Source: Octopus bimaculoides (lineage: Eukaryota). Taken from it: a stretch of DNA of 63,842 nucleotides. The translations under genes and the position numbers were made by a program. This document shows positions 52,486-63,842 of this stretch, piece by piece. Below the pieces are notes generated by a model, which worked only from the letters and a program-made list of their open reading frames with translations, had not been told where the DNA came from and searched no databases. Numbering within the stretch: the stretch's first letter is position 1; each line of letters opens with the position of its first letter. The stretch is taken from NCBI RefSeq assembly GCF_001194135.2, contig NC_068987.1, forward strand, positions 78,562,321 to 78,626,162, read 5' to 3'.

Positions 52486-53676
52486 TATCAGGCCATTAAG
52501 AATAAAATATCCGATTTTCTTCTGATCCAAGGTTTTATCCTGACAGTCCTTCGTTTTACAACATTGAAGTGTTACATCATCACTTTTCAAATTGCAATTC
52601 ATGGCGTCTGATAATATTGTGAGTTTTCTGTTGCAAATCAATACTTGTGAACCCATGGATAGATAAAAATTTCGTGTTGTTTATGAATATGAGTCCCGTC
52701 GTGGAACCTATGTTTCCAGAATGCTCGAAACGTCAATGTGGAGTATAGTGAAGATGTGGCAGATGAACGCACTGCACGTTGATGGTTTGAGAAGCTTCGG
52801 TCTGGTGACTTTACTCTTGAAAATCAGCCCCGTGGTAGGCCTGAGACCAAGGTGGATAATGATGAGCTGGAAACTGTAGTGGGAGCAGATACATCTTAAA
52901 ATACGCGTCATTTATCAGCAAGGTTTGATGCTTCGATTCCATCTGTATTGAAACGTCTAAAACAAATCGGTAAACTTCAGAAGCTGAAAAAGTGGGTACC
53001 ACACGAACTGAACGAACATCAAATGACACGTCGTCTTGACACTTGGTGTTCTTTGCTGTCACGGCATCAATGCGAACTGTTTTTGCATCGTATTGTTACG
53101 TGTAATTAAAAAAAAAATGGATTCTTTTCAACAATAGTAAGCGCTGGATAGAGACGAAGTACCAAAGTATAATCTAAAACAGAATATTCATCAACAGAAG
53201 CTAATAGTGTCTGTTTGGTGGTCCAAAGCCGGTGTCATCCACTATAGCTTCATGAGACCTGGTAAGTCGATTACAGCGGATGTATACACCAACTAAATGG
53301 GTGAAATGATGAGTGAACTTGCAATTAAAAACCGAGATCGGTCAATAGAGACAGACCATGCTCGACCACATGCTGCACAAAAACGCTACTCAAGTTACAG
53401 GAAATGAACTTGGAAGTACTCTCTGTCATCCACCATATTCACCAGATCTTGCACCAACTGACTATCACATTTTCCAGGCATTAGACAACTTTTTGCAAGG
53501 AAAATCTGAAGAAGATGCAAAAACAACCTTTTGTGATTTCATCACCTCTTGTTCTCCAGAATTCTTCGCAGCCAGCATAAATAAGCTACTGATAAAATGG
53601 CAAAATTGTGTTGATAATTTAGGTGCATACTTTGATTAACTGCACTGCTTTTTGCTGAGATAAAGTAAAATAAACT
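52486..53676 (+). mobile_element. Near full-length mariner; transposase pseudogene 52655-53639; 3' TIR lost in the gap
   Basis: 5' TIR ta-tcaggccattaagaataaaatatccgattt; motifs GRPETKVDNDEL, KWVPHEL, HRIVTC, SVWWS, HPPYSPDLAPTDYH, KWQNCVDNLGAYFD*. Confidence 0.93.
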
Positions 53677-53921
53677 NNNNNNNNNNNNNNNNNNNNNNNN
53701 NNNNNNNNNNNNNNNNNNNNNNNNNNNNNNNNNNNNNNNNNNNNNNNNNNNNNNNNNNNNNNNNNNNNNNNNNNNNNNNNNNNNNNNNNNNNNNNNNNNN
53801 NNNNNNNNNNNNNNNNNNNNNNNNNNNNNNNNNNNNNNNNNNNNNNNNNNNNNNNNNNNNNNNNNNNNNNNNNNNNNNNNNNNNNNNNNNNNNNNNNNNN
53901 NNNNNNNNNNNNNNNNNNNNN

Positions 53922-53956
<35 letters not shown>

Positions 53957-54547
53957 AACGCGCGCACTCACGCACGCACACACACACACACGCATACACA
54001 CACATATTTTTACTCACTTCAACAGTTGTCCACTGGCGCCCATTTCATCGCAATGATTTCCAAACCTCCCTTAAGTGTCAGTGCCTCCAGCAGCGACTAT
54101 CTTCAGTAAAACCCTAGGAAGAATTTAACAGGCATTTCCCTCCATCATCTCTGCATTCACCACGCATGAACGGGTACTGCTGAGCTCTCTCGAACTACGT
54201 ATTAACTGTGGATACATAATACCCCGCTCTGAACGAATCCGCAGATAATGGTATAGACTGAACTCACGAAAGAAGGCATCTTCCCACCTATATTGATGCA
54301 TGTATACATAAACGTTCATATACTACTAGTACTACTCTTTCAATTTGTGACACTTTGAGGTTCCAAAACTCCATGATGCCTTCAAATAACTAAACTGAGT
54401 TGAGATATCGCCAGTTCTATCATCTTACAGTAATCCGCTAATTTGATTGGTTGATCCTAGACAGATTGTGTCGTGTAATTTCGTCTAATTAAGATCATAT
54501 ATCGAATGAAGATCAATACACCCAACTTCACATCTGCCATGCTACTC

Positions 54548-54658
54548 CCCCTGACTTCGCCATGCCCCTGACTTCGCCATGCCCCTGACTTCGCCATGCC
54601 CTTGACTTCGCCATGCCCCTGACTTCGCCATGCGCCTGACTTCGCCATGCCCCTGACT
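54548..54658. repeat. GC-rich minisatellite, 6.5 x 17 bp (CCCCTGACTTCGCCATG)
   Basis: Units start at 54548, 54565, 54582, 54599, 54616, 54633 and 54650 (partial); only 2 substitutions in total. Confidence 0.97.
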
Positions 54659-55975
54659 CGGGGATTTTTCGTCATTGAAGTTAACTATTCTGGTGCATAT
54701 AAAAATATATACAAATATTCGGTAACAATTTAACATTAAAATAAAGAATTACACATAACTTTTTGTAGCGTATATATTTATTATACTCTTACAAGAAGGT
54801 TGATAGTGACATCAAAATATCAGCCTACTAACTTCCATTGAACTGTCGTACATCTAGATTCATTTCGGCTTTATATAGTCTCCAGTAAGATGCTTGTCTT
54901 AAATAGGTGGAGCAATATGGAATAATAATGTTTTGGTATGTGAAACCAGGGTTTAAATGCACATGTGCAGGATAGATAAGGATAGATGTCAAGTATGTAA
55001 GCAATATGAACGCCCATGGAAAGATATTATAGATGGCTGTAATGTTTGATGTGGGATTTGTTTTATTGTTCCCATTTCAATGAAGCACGTAAAACATTAC
55101 TATCAGGGATGAATAGTTAATGCGTATCATGTATTTCATGGGTTTATTATCATATAAACTTGACTATTGTTGTATTTTATGGTTCACAAAACAATGTAAA
55201 TTTCTCAAAAGGTTAGATGTGAGCAGATGTGTAACTAATGTTAGAATGTTGTGGATGTTATTTTAATTATATTTAGAAAATTTAACCAATGTTTAATGAG
55301 AATGCAAAGGTTGGGGACACATTTATTATGTTAGTAGTGACCCAACAGTCTCAAGAGAGAAGAAAGAAAATCGAATGTAACTAAATAACATAGATGTTTA
55401 AGAAGTGTTGTGTGGAAACTATTCTACAACAGCATTTTCTAATAATTGAACCATATTTCCCATCTAAAGACTTTTTCACGTCAATCTATAATACAAGAAG
55501 TAGTTTATATTTTACATATAGAATTTACAAGCATCTAAGCGGCGACTTTAGATTCAAATTCAACTAGTTAACAATTCACATGTGTGTGCATGCTTGTGTG
55601 TTTGAGTGTGTGAGTGTGTTTCGCTGAGTGTGTGTATGCGTGTGAGTGAATGTGTGTGTGTTTGTGCTTGTGAGTGTGTGCGTGAGAGGGAGTTTGTGTG
55701 TGTATGTATTAAATCCATAACCGAAGTTTTTGGACCTTCCTACCCACATTATCAGGAACTGAATCCAACATATCTGGTATTTGTGTTCCTTCTTATACAC
55801 TCATCAAATTCGTATAGACTTTCTCGCAAAAGGGTATCTATGAGGTAGCATCATACTTCAAGTTTTAATCTGTTTGTTACGGTCAAATTTTGAGCATTGG
55901 GATTTATTTTTTCTATTTCTTTTTGTTCGAACAAGAACTATAGTGGTTCACACATATCTTTATATCATACTTAAT

Positions 55976-56385
55976 AAGGTCGGCGAGGTGGCAGAATCGT
56001 TAGTACGCCGGGCAAAATATTTAGCGGCTCATTGTCTGTTTTTACATTCTGAGTTCCAATTCCACTGAGATCGACTTTGCTTTTCATCCTTTCAGATTCG
56101 ATAAAATAAGTACCGGTTGAGCACTGGGGTCGATGTAATCGACTTAACTCCGCCTTGAAATCACTGGGTTTATGCCAAAATTTGAAATCTATATTATACT
56201 CAATACATGAGAGGATCATCAGTATGCCGCGCAAAATGCATAGCAGTATTACGTTCGTCCTTACGATATGAGTTCAAATTCCGTCGTGGTAGACTTTGCC
56301 TTTTGTCTTTTCGGGGGTCGATAAAATAAGAGCCATTTCGGCAGTAGGGTCGATGGAAATTGCTAGCCTCGTGCCAAACCTCGTG
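55976..56385 (+). mobile_element. Two consecutive family A SINEs
   Basis: ggcgaggtggcagaatcgttag...gagttccaattcc, and gagttcaaattcc...gggggtcgataaaataag. Confidence 0.82.
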
Positions 56386-56431
56386 AAACCAATATATGCA
56401 ACAACAGCATGGGTAAAGAAAGGAAAAGCGA

Positions 56432-56474
<43 letters not shown>

Positions 56475-56783
56475 TGTGCGTATATATAGGTAGGTTGTAG
56501 AACGGTAGATAAATTTGTAAAAAAAATGATAAACAGAAACACTGTTATTGATTTTTATATGCACCAGCTCTAATGTATGCAAGTATATTAGAATGTATGA
56601 AATCTCTTTCACCGAACGATCTCTGACCTGCATTTGTAGAATATCTTAACTTGAAATATTGGCACGGAGCCTTAGAATACACGTGTATGACCCAGATGTT
56701 AGCAGCGTCCCTGGCGATGACTCGAATGCATCATATTAGAATGACGTCATCTTTGTTCACACCTTCGTTTTTCTTTCACTTAG

Positions 56784-56899
56784 AGCTCCGGAAGACATAC
56801 TGTATCAAAAAGCTTTATTACAACGAGCGAATGATGTTGAAAAGAAATATATCTTAGACATTCTCATTTATGCCATTTTCCCCCGATTTATGAGAAATG
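56784..56899 (+). CDS. Best-supported exon, 116 nt: APEDILYQKALLQRANDVEKKYILDILIYAIFPRFMRN
   Basis: Acceptor cttcgtttttctttcacttag and consensus donor G|gtaagt; 38 open codons; ...KYILDIL...FPRFM resembles the RGS C-terminal helices (..IFxLMEKDSYPRFL). A possible upstream mini-exon at 56640-56683 reads EYLNLKYWHGALEY. Confidence 0.6.
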
Positions 56900-57332
56900 G
56901 TAAGTTTAGCTATCATACTTTTACTGTGTTAATATTATTTCTTTTTCCAGAAAATTATCCAGCTTAAACCTGACTTTAATTAAACAATTACAAGTTTTAC
57001 TTTGATGTAATTATCGTTGTTTAAGACAACAATCTAATCTAAAATATTTCGTAGAAATACTTTATTAATAAAATATCATAAAATTAATTATTGGTGGGAA
57101 AGTAGTCCGTGTTTTACCTGCTACCTCATGGCTACAAAATCCATAAGATACCTACAACTCTGCATAATGGGAACCACAGATATCTGGTTCAAAAATCGCT
57201 TCTTTACATAAGGTATTGTTTACTACGCATATATACACTATTCTTCAATTTGAAGTGATGTATATATGAATTTGCTTGTCTGAATGCCTAAGACAGATAT
57301 CCGAAATTTTTATCTTATATCAAATTTTATGT

Positions 57333-57365
<33 letters not shown>

Positions 57366-57425
57366 CACACACACGCACACACATACACACACATATACAT
57401 ATACACACACACACATATATATACG

Positions 57426-57477
<52 letters not shown>

Positions 57478-57522
57478 TATATTATGTGCATGTATATGTG
57501 TGTGTGTGTTTGTGTTTGTGTG

Positions 57523-57564
<42 letters not shown>

Positions 57565-58523
57565 CACAATTAATTTTGGAGTGTCACGGCTTAAGATCAC
57601 TACGTCAGTTCGTGTGCGTGACTGTCCACTTTATTATTGCACCGAAGAGTGGTTGATCGACGCAGTATAAGGTACTACGTATACCTTCGTTATGGCAGTG
57701 GATTCACAAAGTTAGTTGGCGATGGACATGGTGCATAATACATTTCAGAATGCCATCCAGATCTTTACCTTCAAAGATGAAATTCGGTCAAAGCAAACTC
57801 TGTCCCCTCATCCTTCCAGTATCCATAAAAGTGAATATGTGTAACATATTGGGGCCGATGCAATACACCTTTGCTTCAAATTTCAAAACTTGTTTTCATA
57901 TCAACAGGTATTAATGGAATTATAGGATTTGGCAAAATCGTTAGAAGATCGGCCAACACGTTTAGTTACAAACTCATTAGATTCGGAGTTCAAATCCAGG
58001 TAAGAACATCTTTTCAATTTATCATCACGGGATCGATAAAATTAAGAACCGGTAAATAACAGAGATCGATTTAAGAGTTGAACCCTGTTCGCTCAATTTT
58101 CAAAACTTGTACCTCTGCTTCTCTTTTAGGGTGGTGGGTTGACAGATTCGTTAGTGTCGGGAAAAATGCATTGTATTATTGTGTTTGGTTGTTCAAACTG
58201 TGATAAAAACTCGTGTCAAGGTCAACAGTAACAGTCAATTACTTAGATCGATATAATTGAGCAACTCCGACTCTTAAATTTGATTCTTTGTTTCTATATT
58301 ACAAAACCCAACTTTGGATTGTTGTATTTGTACTTTCTAAGTTTCATATATGGATATTCGATTTATGCGGGATTTACGTATAAATTTATGAATATTTCAA
58401 AATAAAATTTTAAAAGAAACTAGCAACACACATAGTAATATATTTATGTGTGTGTGTATGCTTGTGTGTACGTGTGTGCTGATATATGACTGTGTATCTA
58501 CACACATAGACGCACATATCTAA

Positions 58524-58570
<47 letters not shown>

Positions 58571-58607
58571 CATACACACTCATATATATATATATATGTA
58601 TATATGC

Positions 58608-58755
58608 GCAGGAGTGGCTATGTGGTAAGTAGCTTGCTTACCAACCGCCTCGTTCTGGGTTCATTCCCATTGCGTGTCACCTTGGGCAAGTGTATTCTAC
58701 TTATAGCGTTGGGCTGAGTGGATTTTGTAGACGGAAACTGAAAAAAGCCCGTCGT
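58608..58755 (+). mobile_element. tRNA-derived SINE family B
   Basis: gcaggagtggctatgtggtaag...gggttcattccc...caccttgggcaagtg...gacggaaactgaaaaaagcccgtcgta. Confidence 0.88.
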
Positions 58756-58756
58756 A

Positions 58757-58793
<37 letters not shown>

Positions 58794-59133
58794 NNNNNNN
58801 NNNNNNNNNNNNNNNNNNNNNNNNNNNNNNNNNNNNNNNNNNNNNNNNNNNNNNNNNNNNNNNNNNNNNNNNNNNNNNNNNNNNNNNNNNNNNNNNNNNN
58901 NNNNNNNNNNNNNNNNNNNNNNNNNNNNNNNNNNNNNNNNNNNNNNNNNNNNNNNNNNNNNNNNNNNNNNNNNNNNNNNNNNNNNNNNNNNNNNNNNNNN
59001 NNNNNNNNNNNNNNNNNNNNNNNNNNNNNNNNNNNNNNNNNNNNNNNNNNNNNNNNNNNNNNNNNNNNNNNNNNNNNNNNNNNNNNNNNNNNNNNNNNNN
59101 NNNNNNNNNNNNNNNNNNNNNNNNNNNNNNNNN

Positions 59134-59199
<66 letters not shown>

Positions 59200-59757
59200 C
59201 CACATATATATATATATGTATAGACACACCAATACACCTATGTATATATATATACACGCATAAACACACACATATATACATACACGACGCACAGACATAC
59301 ATGAATATCCACACGCGCAATCAGCCACGAACATACAGAGATACATTCTTCTTTATTGTTTGGAGCCACTATATTGTACGCTGGGCAGCAACACCAGAAC
59401 CAGTCACGAAAAGTATTATTGCTAACTCTTTCTTTGTGACCTGTGCTGCAGGGTAAACTTAAAGCAAACGATCCCTCCGAATAAGATCACGCTTTCTCCG
59501 TTGACATTTTGACATATGCTCGGATTTAGAATATGCGCCAACGGATGAGACAATAAAATCCTGATCTGCACCTTAATGATTACCATCAACCTGGGGCCTC
59601 GGTCAAATCTGACTAATGGACAAGGCTTTTCATCTAGGACATCTCCGATGTCTTGTTATTTTGCTCGGTTTTATTTGCCTCTTTATTTCTATGTCATCTT
59701 TCTCTTCTTTCTTTCGTTCACTACTAAAATGGATGAATGAATGAATGAATGGACAGA

Positions 59758-59920
59758 TGAATGAATGTCTCACACATTTCATTAAAATTCCTTACAACAT
59801 TTTTTTTATACGGTTCAAGGTGTTTTGCATTCCGAAAAACAATAATTACCAAATGGTGGATCGAATTGTAGATAATAATGTGAATAAATATACAGATTGA
59901 TAGAAAAGATAGATAGATAG
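59758..59920 (-). repeat. Left arm of ~160-bp inverted repeat (partner 60955-61119)
   Basis: Reverse complement reads tattcacattattatctacaattcgatcc...gttgtaaggaattttaatgaaa..tgtgagacatt, roughly 85% identical by eye to the right arm. Confidence 0.92.
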
Positions 59921-59947
59921 AGATAGATAGAGAGAGAGAGAGAGGGG

Positions 59948-59984
<37 letters not shown>

Positions 59985-60150
59985 GGGGGTGATAAAGTGA
60001 AATATTTAGGTGGATAGAAATGTAGTCATAGTATGGTTTAAGGTTTTTTGAGGTCTTATTTTGCGCTATGTACTTCAGCAAGATACACAGGAAATAGTTT
60101 AATTTGTGTATCCGATATGTATGCGTATGTTTGAATTAAAGTATGTATGT

Positions 60151-60238
<88 letters not shown>

Positions 60239-60312
60239 ATACACACAGAGACCCACACACACACATACACATACTAGAGACAGAGGCAGTATTATTACCG
60301 AGACTTTATATG

Positions 60313-60476
60313 TATCCACGCTTAAACGTGGATGTTCTGTTAGAGCAAGCTACACAGCGGTAATTACCACGAGAGAAACTTCCATGTTTGCCAACGTGAG
60401 AGTTTCTCTCGTTGTATCTTTGTATCTACCACAGTACAATTCGTTCTAACAGAACATCCATATTTAAGTAGGGATA
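60313..60476. mobile_element. MITE-like fold-back element (164 bp)
   Basis: cttaaacgtggatgttctgttaga vs tctaacagaacatccatatttaag (22/24), a perfect internal 11-bp IR cgagagaaact/agtttctctcg, and TA ends. Confidence 0.7.
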
Positions 60477-60911
60477 TCAAATATCACATGGACTGCCTTG
60501 AAGAAATTTAGTCGCAGGAATCGACACCAGAGCTCATCTGGTTTTAAACCAGGTGCTTATTCTGTTTTATACAAACATATCGGCATACTACACCCCCCCC
60601 CACACACAAACACGCGTGCTGTTTGGAGTCACTATATTGTATGGTGGGCGGCAGTATCTGAACTAATCCCGAAATATATTGTTGCTAAAATTTTATTTCC
60701 TAAATTCTTGATTTATTAAAATCCTAACTGAGAATATGACCAAAATTGCTATATGGTAACTGAGACCAATTCTATTTCAGAAAATATCAAAATATCAACA
60801 ATCAAGGAATCTCTTCAGCTGACATGGCATTTTTATTCTCTGGACGACTGCTGTGGACCCTCCCTTTCGCCTGAATGTGCGTCACCAGGAAGACCTTTTG
60901 TCTACCTTATC

Positions 60912-60954
<43 letters not shown>

Positions 60955-60971
<17 letters not shown>

Positions 60972-61350
60972 GTCTATCTATCTGTCTATTTATTCACATT
61001 ATTATCTACAATTCGATCCAGCATTTGGTAATTGTTGTTTCCCGGAATGCAAAACACCTCAACCTGTATAAAAAGAAAGTTGTAAGGAATTTTAATGAAA
61101 AATGTGAGACATTTATTCAAAAATACAGAGCACATCCATATTCCTGGTAACTTAAATACATTAAAAACGTCAGTTAAGTTAAACAACTCAAGGTGGCTAG
61201 TGGCATAGAGCATAATTATATAATGTTTCTATATGTTTTTGCCCCGTTGGTCCTTCAGATATAGTAGGACATCGTGCTGATGATGCCTTCCGAATCAGAA
61301 ACATGTGTCCACGTGTTCATTATCTGCACACAGAATGTCTGTACTTATTT
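60955..61350 (+). mobile_element. Putative Penelope-like element 3' end (endonuclease tail + pseudo-LTR)
   Basis: HL..C...LYK...ETFIQKY loosely matches PLE C-termini (FYK...ExxFIxKF); followed by a hammerhead-like motif as expected in PLE pLTRs. Confidence 0.4.
61267..61318 (+). ncRNA. Type I hammerhead ribozyme-like motif
   Basis: GGACATCGTG-CUGAUGA-UG(CCUUCCGAAU)CA-GAAA-C AUGU G-UC|CACGUGUUC. Core boxes intact, stem I 9 bp with one bulge, GUC cleavage triplet at 61307-61309; stem II weak. Confidence 0.55.
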
Positions 61351-61435
61351 TTTAATAACATTTCAACTTTGGACAATTCTTGTTCCGGAGATAATCTCCT
61401 CCTCTAATATGGGCCATATCACAACTGGAATTCGA

Positions 61436-61496
61436 TAATTGTGACACAACATCTCCAAGATGATTATCTCTTCTTGGTGATGTTGCGTTACGATAA
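61436..61496 (+). ncRNA. Pre-miRNA-like hairpin (candidate)
   Basis: gtgacacaacatctccaaga (61441-61460) pairs with tcttggtgatgttgcgttac (61472-61491): 17 WC + 1 G-U + 2 mismatches, 11-nt loop, basal extension. Confidence 0.25.
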
Positions 61497-61810
61497 ACTG
61501 GAGATTTGTTTTACATGGAATTTGATATGATTATATTAGTCGATGTTGTTCATATACATGCTACTGGCCACACTAACTTATTTCTCGTAACTACATTTTT
61601 ACGTGTGCGTGTGTATGTGTATATATGAACCTATGTGTGCACGTATTTATGTATATGCGTATACTTATATGTATGTACGGATATACGTAAGTATATATAC
61701 TTAGGAACAAATATTAAGGTTCGAAATCCTCAAGATATAATGGAGCATGGTGTTTACTCCATGGTAGGTGGAATAAATAGATGCATACATACATACATCT
61801 CTCTATCTAT

Positions 61811-61852
<42 letters not shown>

Positions 61853-62841
61853 GTCTATATGCTTATATGTATAAGTACATACATAAATATGTACAACATA
61901 AATATATGTATGTATTTGTATATATATATATATATNNNNNNNNNNNNNNNNNNNNNNNNNNNNNNNNNNNNNNNNNNNNNNNNNNNNNNNNNNNNNNNNN
62001 NNNNNNNNNNNNNNNNNNNNNNNNNNNNNNNNNNNNNNNNNNNNNNNNNNNNNNNNNNNNNNNNNNNNNNNNNNNNNNNNNNNNNNNNNNNNNNNNNNNN
62101 NNNNNNNNNNNNNNNNNNNNNNNNNNNNNNNNNNNNNNNNNNNNNNNNNNNNNNNNNNNNNNNNNNNNNNNNNNNNNNNNNNNNNNNNNNNNNNNNNNNN
62201 NNNNNNNNNNNNNNNNNNNNNNNNNNNNNNNNNNNNNNNNNNNNNNNNNNNNNNNNNNNNNNNNNNNNNNNNNNNNNNNNNNNNNNNNNNNNNNNNNNNN
62301 NNNNNNNNNNNNNNNNNNNNNNNNNNNNNNNNNNNNNNNNNNNNNNNNNNNNNNNNNNNNNNNNNNNNNNNNNNNNNNNNNNNNNNNNNNNNNNNNNNNN
62401 NNNNNNNNNNNNNNNNNNNNNNNNNNNNNNNNNNNNNNNNNNNNNNNNNNNNNNNNNNNNNNNNNNNNNNNNNNNNNNNNNNNNNNNNNNNNNNNNNNNN
62501 NNNNNNNNNNNNNNNNNNNNNNNNNNNNNNNNNNNNNNNNNNNNNNNNNNNNNNNNNNNNNNNNNNNNNNNNNNNNNNNNNNNNNNNNNNNNNNNNNNNN
62601 NNNNNNNNNNNNNNNNNNNNNNNNNNNNNNNNNNNNNNNNNNNNNNNNNNNNNNNNNNNNNNNNNNNNNNNNNNNNNNNNNNNNNNNNNNNNNNNNNNNN
62701 NNNNNNNNNNNNNNNNNNNNNNATGAGATCAACGTATGCTCTCCCCCGATTTTGGTGACCTTGTACAAAAATGTAAAACCCCAAAATTTATCTACGTGTA
62801 TACACACACACACACACACACATACACACACACACACACAC

Positions 62842-62905
<64 letters not shown>

Positions 62906-63758
62906 GGAGTGAGAGAGACAGGCAAAGAGTGTACATGCTTGTGGTCGAAAGAGAAAGAATGTATCTTTATCTTCGTGTGTCTTGATACTCGCTTTTGTAA
63001 GCTTGTTTGCGTGTAATTTTGTGGGTGCACATAAATACACATAAATGCATTTATGTGTGTGTCTGTGTGAGTTAGTTTGATAGGCAAGTGTGTAAAAATA
63101 GATAAGGCATTTGATGAACATGGATAGAAGCCTCCCGCGGGAATTTCTTTTTGAACTAACTGAACTGCTTGACTGACTGACTGACTAGAAATGAGTTTTC
63201 ATTACGGTTTCATGTAACAAGCATGACACCAGAAATGTGTGCATAAGTAACTATAGAGCAATGGCTGGGTAATAGATGTGAAGAGAGATGGGTTGGTGCG
63301 GTGTAGGCTCCAAAGGTTAGCCATAAAAGAAGTGTGGGGTCGGATGAGGCGTAAGTGTGCGAGAAGTAAATAGTACACGAGATACAGAAATATAAAGACT
63401 AAAAGACAAGGGAAGAAAAAGTGAAGATTAGTGAGTAAAATATTTATGAGAGAAATAAAGCTTATATGTGTGTGTATATCGGTCTATATTTTTATGTGTG
63501 TATATATATGTTCATATGGGGGGGTATGTTACAATAACGGAAGTTTCATTGCGTGCGTGACTTGTTCAGTGTTGGGTGTTAAGCCACAACATCGAAGGTT
63601 CTGCCGCTAATACTATTAGGACATAATGAAATATAACTTTCTCTGACTTTCGTCCTTTATTCAGTTACCTACTGTATGTATAAAAACAATCATTTGATAA
63701 TGTATCTGTCGGTCACTTTGTCTGTTTGCCTGTCTGTCACTTTGAAAATACACGTGTA

Positions 63759-63825
<67 letters not shown>

Positions 63826-63842
63826 ATATATATATATATATA

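Noticed and set aside
54548-54658. CRISPR-like array
   Set aside because: Contiguous 17-bp units with no spacers, in a eukaryotic context.
56665-56740. Cadherin-like LRIHVYDPD...NASY
   Set aside because: In-frame stop immediately after, and no other cadherin repeats despite the octopus protocadherin expansion.

Overview
AT-rich (~35% GC) eukaryotic animal DNA from a short-read draft assembly, with 13 N-gaps, most abutting (TA)n/(CA)n microsatellites. The tRNA-derived SINE families and extreme microsatellite load look like an octopus (coleoid cephalopod) genome; this is inference from repeat content, not a database match. There is no intact long ORF: most listed ORFs are microsatellite or gap artefacts. 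The window is mainly intronic/intergenic DNA with decayed transposons: one complete hAT (Buster/Charlie-type) element with TIRs and a target-site duplication, several Tc1/mariner copies and MITEs, R4/Dong, RTE and CR1-like LINE fragments, Penelope-like elements, a Helitron helicase fragment and many SINEs. Scattered short plus-strand segments with good splice sites suggest a multi-exon host gene. Several translate to peptides that by eye resemble RGS-domain helices, but I cannot name the gene. The most interesting zone is 59.7-61.5 kb: an inverted pair of Penelope-like ends, a nested MITE, a type I hammerhead ribozyme-like motif and a pre-miRNA-like hairpin. A second pre-miRNA-like hairpin lies at 16.1 kb. 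All protein-family calls come from recognising motifs by eye, and TE boundaries are approximate (about +/-20 bp) unless TIRs are quoted.
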